A stretch of DNA of 64,000 bases, from positions 928,001 to 992,000 of the forward strand of contig CAVUZH010000003.1 in the NCBI GenBank assembly GCA_963745835.1. The letters run 5' to 3'. The stretch comes from an uncultured delta proteobacterium. Its GTDB lineage: Bacteria > Desulfobacterota > Binatia > UBA9968. A program made the position numbers and the translations under genes. The notes under the pieces are model-generated. The model was not told where the DNA came from and made no database searches. It saw only the letters and a program-made list of their open reading frames with translations. Position 1 is the stretch's first letter. Each line of letters opens with the position of its first letter. Shown here in pieces: positions 60,062 to 64,000 of the stretch.

Positions 60062-61474
60062 TCAATCCCGGCGCGAAATGGTGTGCGTGGCCGTGCCATA
60101 GAAGCCTTCCGCCGCCTCCATCAAGGTCTCCGAGAGGGTAGGGTGCGGATGGACCGAATCAGCGATATCCCTGGCTGTTGCGCCCATTTCAACTGCCAAA
60201 ACTCCTTCGCTTATCAATTCACCGGCTCCGACTCCGACAATTCCGACTCCGAGAATTCTTTCCGTTTCCGGCTCAACCAGCAGCTTGGTGAGACCATCGG
60301 GACGATCAAGAGTGAGCGCTCTACCCGACGCCCCCCACGAAAATTTCGACACGTTCACCTCGATGCCCTTGTCTTTAGCTTCGCTCTCCGTCAATCCGCA
60401 CCAAGCAACTTCAGGATTGGTATAGACCACGGCTGGAATGATGACGTCATCGAACGCGCTCGCATGTCCCAGTATTGATTCAACCGCAATCTTGGCCTCT
60501 TTGGACGCGCGGTGTGCCAGTAACGCGCCGCCATTGACATCGCCGATAGCGTAGATGTTTGGGTCATCGGTTTGTTGTTGCGGATTACACTGAATGAACC
60601 CTTTGTCGTTTTTGGTGACTTGTGTGTTCTCAAGCCCAAGATCACTATAGTTAGGCGCTCGGCCGACGCTCACCAAGACGCGATCATAAAGCTCTTCGCG
60701 CTGTTCTTTGTCTTTTTGCGTCGTCACTTTGATTTGTTTCCCTGCGGTCGCCATCTTCAAGACCTTGGTGTTGACGCGGATTTCTTTAAACGCCTTCTGG
60801 GCAATTCGAGTCACTGGGCGAACCAGATCGGGATCGACGCCGGTCAGAATAGTGGATAGGGCCTCAAGCACGACAACATTGCTGCCAAGCGCGGCATAAA
60901 CTGTTCCTAGTTCCATGCCAATGTAGCCGCCCCCGACAACCAGCAGATCGCGTGGAATATCTTCAATCTCCAAAGCCTCGGTCGATGTCATGATGCGCTT
61001 ATTGCCCAAATCGAATGCAGAAGGCATCGCGGGCTTCGAGCCGACAGCGATGATAGCTTTCTCGTAACGAATGAATTTCTGCCCTTCGGATGTTTCAACT
61101 CTCAGTGTTTGTGAATCCTCGAAATGCCCCCTGCCGTGGATCATTTGAACGCCGCGTTTTTGCGCGAGTCCCTTTATTCCTTGCCCTAACTTCTCCAAAA
61201 TCGAATTCTTCCAACTGCGCAGTTGATCAAGATTGATCTGCGCCGCCCCCAATTCGATACCGCGAGTGGCTGACTCTTTGGCTTCCCGCAAGATTTCGGT
61301 AGCATGTAAAAGTGCCTTTGAGGGAATGCATCCGACGTTTAGACAAATGCCGCCGAGCCGTGGGCTTTGTTCGACTAAGGTCACTTTTTTACCGTTGTCT
61401 GCCGCATAGAAGGCTGCCGTATAACCGCCAGGCCCGGCGCCGACAACTACGATTTCAGTGCTGATCGGTTCCAT
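60062..61474 (-). CDS. lpdA: dihydrolipoyl dehydrogenase
   Basis: GAGPGGY, GGICLNVGCIPSK, HPHPTLSE. Confidence 0.96.
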   Translation of the reverse strand: MEPISTEIVVVGAGPGGYTAAFYAADNGKKVTLVEQSPRLGGICLNVGCIPSKALLHATEILREAKESATRGIELGAAQINLDQLRSWKNSILEKLGQGIKGLAQKRGVQMIHGRGHFEDSQTLRVETSEGQKFIRYEKAIIAVGSKPAMPSAFDLGNKRIMTSTEALEIEDIPRDLLVVGGGYIGMELGTVYAALGSNVVVLEALSTILTGVDPDLVRPVTRIAQKAFKEIRVNTKVLKMATAGKQIKVTTQKDKEQREELYDRVLVSVGRAPNYSDLGLENTQVTKNDKGFIQCNPQQQTDDPNIYAIGDVNGGALLAHRASKEAKIAVESILGHASAFDDVIIPAVVYTNPEVAWCGLTESEAKDKGIEVNVSKFSWGASGRALTLDRPDGLTKLLVEPETERILGVGIVGVGAGELISEGVLAVEMGATARDIADSVHPHPTLSETLMEAAEGFYGTATHTISRRD

Positions 61475-61481
61475 AGTTCAT

Positions 61482-62786
61482 TTACTTTACTATCACGTCC
61501 GCTTCGTCGAATGATTGTAGTGCAGTGATGATATCTTTCAAAAAACGTACCGCATTGGCGCCATCGAGAACGCGATGATCATAGGCCAAGCACAACGGCA
61601 GCATATTTCTCACCGCTATCTTTCCGTCGACGACAACCGGCTTGTTTTGTCCCTGGCCCACACCGAGGATTGCCACCTGGGGCGCATAGATAATCGGTGT
61701 GAAGTGGCTTCCGCCGATACTCCCCTGATTGGAAATGGTAAAAGTGCCGCCTTGCAGTTCCTCTAGCCCAATCTTTCGCTGGCGAGTTTTTTGGGTTAAG
61801 TCCTGAAGTTCACGCGATAGCTGCAACAAGTTTTTTTTGTCCACATCCCGCAGAACTGGGACAATCAATCCAGCATCGGTGTCCACCGCGATGCCGATAT
61901 GACAATAATCCTTCAATATCAGTTCTCCGGTTGTTTCATCGAGACTCGCGTTCGCCATAGGATGTTTTTTCAAAGCTCGCGCCAGTACCAAGAGAATAAA
62001 GGAAGTCAAAGTCAAACGGGCACCACTTTGTTCGTAAGCTGAGTTGTGTTTCTCGCGAAGCGAAAGGATTGCACTAATATCTGCCTCGTCGAATTGATTT
62101 ATTTTCGGAATAGTTGTCCAGGACTCCAACATGCGGCGGCTGACAGTTCGTCGCAACGGAGATAATTTCTCTCGACGAATCGGACCCCATTTGGAAAAAT
62201 CGATAACCTCCCTGAGAGCGGCGGGAGCGCTTTGGCCGGACCCCTGGGGCTGCTGGAGCTCTTGCAATTGCTGTATGTACGCGCGCACATCGGCCATGCG
62301 GATTCTTCCGCCGGCTTCACTGCCGCGAACTCTTGTGAGGTCAATGCCAAGCTCGTGGGCGATCCTCCGCACAGAGGGCGGCGCCGGCGGCGCCATCCCC
62401 GCGCTCGAGTGGTAATGAAAAGTCTCGGCGGGTTTTCGCCCCGCCTCGGGTTCGGCAGCTGTTCGAGCCCTTGGAGCCGGCGCGACGTTCGGTTGCGCGC
62501 GGTTGGAAGACGGACTCGGCGCTGAATTCTTCGCTTCACTCGCCGCTGTCTTGGAACCACTCTCTATGGAAATCAGGACCTGTCCAACCGAGACCTCCAT
62601 ACCTTCCTTGACGTGAACTTTGGTAACCGTGCCGCTGCTGGGAGAGGGTATCGAGCCGACCGCTTTCTGAGTCTCCAACTCCATGAAAGCCTGATCCTTC
62701 TTGATCTCCTGGCCTTCGGAGACAAGGATGTTAACTACTGTTCCGGATTCCACACCCTCAGCGAGTTGCGGGAGTTTAACGTCCAT
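61482..62786 (-). CDS. aceF: pyruvate dehydrogenase E2, dihydrolipoamide acetyltransferase
   Basis: One lipoyl domain (ETQKA), E3-binding PSVRRIAHELGIDL, catalytic DHRVLDG. Confidence 0.92.
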   Translation of the reverse strand: MDVKLPQLAEGVESGTVVNILVSEGQEIKKDQAFMELETQKAVGSIPSPSSGTVTKVHVKEGMEVSVGQVLISIESGSKTAASEAKNSAPSPSSNRAQPNVAPAPRARTAAEPEAGRKPAETFHYHSSAGMAPPAPPSVRRIAHELGIDLTRVRGSEAGGRIRMADVRAYIQQLQELQQPQGSGQSAPAALREVIDFSKWGPIRREKLSPLRRTVSRRMLESWTTIPKINQFDEADISAILSLREKHNSAYEQSGARLTLTSFILLVLARALKKHPMANASLDETTGELILKDYCHIGIAVDTDAGLIVPVLRDVDKKNLLQLSRELQDLTQKTRQRKIGLEELQGGTFTISNQGSIGGSHFTPIIYAPQVAILGVGQGQNKPVVVDGKIAVRNMLPLCLAYDHRVLDGANAVRFLKDIITALQSFDEADVIVK

Positions 62787-62809
62787 ATCACTTTGTAGGT
62801 TGTTCGGGC

Positions 62810-64000
62810 TTATAGGTAAAACGGAAATGATTTTTCAGGATCGATTCCGAGATTTTTCAGAGCGGACTCGACCGTTTGGGCCGGCAGTAAGCCCTTTTGG
62901 TAGAGGGCATAGAGGGTGGCCACAGTGGTAAGTTCGGCGTCGACTTCGAAAAATCGCCTCAAATTGGGCCTGGTATCGCTGCGTCCAAAGCCATCGGTGC
63001 CGAGTGTCGTCAGCCCGCCCGGCACCCACGGTGCTATCTGATCGGGTACCATTTTCATGTAATCGGATACTGCGATAAAAACACCCTCTTCGTTCTGTAG
63101 CAGGGACTCCAAATACGACTTCTTGGGCATCGCGGTTGGATGAAGCATATTCCATCGCTTGGTGCGAAGCGCGTCGCCTCGGAGTAGCTTGTAACTGGTA
63201 GCGCTCCACACGTCTGCTGAAACGTCAAATTGTTCCGCGAGCATTTCTTGAGCGCGCAAGGCTTCGCGAAGTAGCGGTCCGCTGCCGAATAGATGCGCCT
63301 TGTGCGCCTTCCCTCTAGGAGCTGATTTGAAACGGTAGAGTCCCTTGATAATCCCGTCTTCTACCCCTTCAGGCATCCCGGGCATTGGATAACTCTCATT
63401 GTACAGTGTCAGATAGTAGAAGTATTCTTCGCCGTCGGCGTACATCCGTTTCAAACCGTCGCGAATGATCACCGCTATTTCATAAGCAAACGCCGCATCA
63501 TAGGTGAGAAGTGTCGGCACAGTGCTGGCCAAGAGATGGCTGTGACCGTCTTGATGTTGCAGGCCCTCGCCGTTTAGTGTTGTGCGGCCCGCGGTGGCGC
63601 CTAACAGAAAACCTTTGCTTTTGCTGTCGGCCGCCGCCCAAATCAAATCTCCGATCCGTTGAAACCCGAACATCGAATAATAGAAGTAGAAGGGGATCAG
63701 ATTGGTCCCAAGATTCGCGTACGAAGTTCCGGCGGCAATAAACGAGGACATAGCCCCCGCTTCGGTAATGCCTTCTTCAAGGATCTGCCCATCTTTCGCT
63801 TCGTTATAATAGAGTAGAGTTTCCCGATCGACCGGTTCGTAGAGTTGACCCTTCGATGAATAGATCCCAATCTGGCGAAAGAGGGAGTCCATGCCGAAGG
63901 TTCTAGCTTCATCCGGAATGATCGGCACAATCCGCTTGCCAATCTCTTGATGGCGCAGGAGTTTTGTCAGGATTCTAACCGTCGCCATTGTTGTCGACAT
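62810..64000 (-). CDS. aceE: pyruvate dehydrogenase E1, homodimeric type (5' part outside window)
   Basis: PDEARTFG, YSMFGFQR, GRTTLNGEGLQHQDG, LGTDGFGRSD. Confidence 0.95.
   Translation of the reverse strand: MSTTMATVRILTKLLRHQEIGKRIVPIIPDEARTFGMDSLFRQIGIYSSKGQLYEPVDRETLLYYNEAKDGQILEEGITEAGAMSSFIAAGTSYANLGTNLIPFYFYYSMFGFQRIGDLIWAAADSKSKGFLLGATAGRTTLNGEGLQHQDGHSHLLASTVPTLLTYDAAFAYEIAVIIRDGLKRMYADGEEYFYYLTLYNESYPMPGMPEGVEDGIIKGLYRFKSAPRGKAHKAHLFGSGPLLREALRAQEMLAEQFDVSADVWSATSYKLLRGDALRTKRWNMLHPTAMPKKSYLESLLQNEEGVFIAVSDYMKMVPDQIAPWVPGGLTTLGTDGFGRSDTRPNLRRFFEVDAELTTVATLYALYQKGLLPAQTVESALKNLGIDPEKSFPFYL

Noticed and set aside
1-64000. CRISPR arrays, tRNA/rRNA genes, transposases or integrases
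   Set aside because: None recognised by eye: no regularly spaced repeats, and almost all of the sequence is explained by protein-coding genes. Dedicated scans were not run.

Overview
Gene-dense bacterial window. The gene content (ccsA-hemACDB, RpoH-like sigma factor, CoxG/M/S, LLM and SsuA-type proteins) suggests a deltaproteobacterial-type genome, possibly Binatia-like; this is inference only. 1-17.4 kb: a glycoconjugate/surface-polysaccharide-type cluster with unusual accessory genes (HPr-kinase-like fragment, two degenerate HD/alarmone-hydrolase-like paralogues, one fused to an SMP-30 lactonase, nucleotidyltransferases, ACP plus AMP-ligase, four glycosyltransferases, a degenerate sigma54 activator, an ExeA-like ATPase and an epimerase). 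The rest is mostly housekeeping, redox and stress genes: peptide ABC transporter, heme synthesis, ComDE-like decarboxylase, rpoH, coxGMS without a large subunit, trmL, dtd, lgt, aroE, prkA-yeaH-spoVR, RfaH, a PDZ-GAF histidine kinase, a Schlafen/AlbA_2 protein and the PDH operon. The strongest hidden signal is two genes that the ORF track truncates or splits at an in-frame TGA lying at the catalytic Cys position, each followed by a bacterial SECIS-like hairpin. They are a CxxU glutathione S-transferase (19425-19985) and a signal-peptide-bearing, Cys-free Sec peroxiredoxin (30078-30626). Several other split genes are 1-nt frameshifts that look like assembly indels. No rRNA, tRNA, CRISPR array or transposase was recognised.
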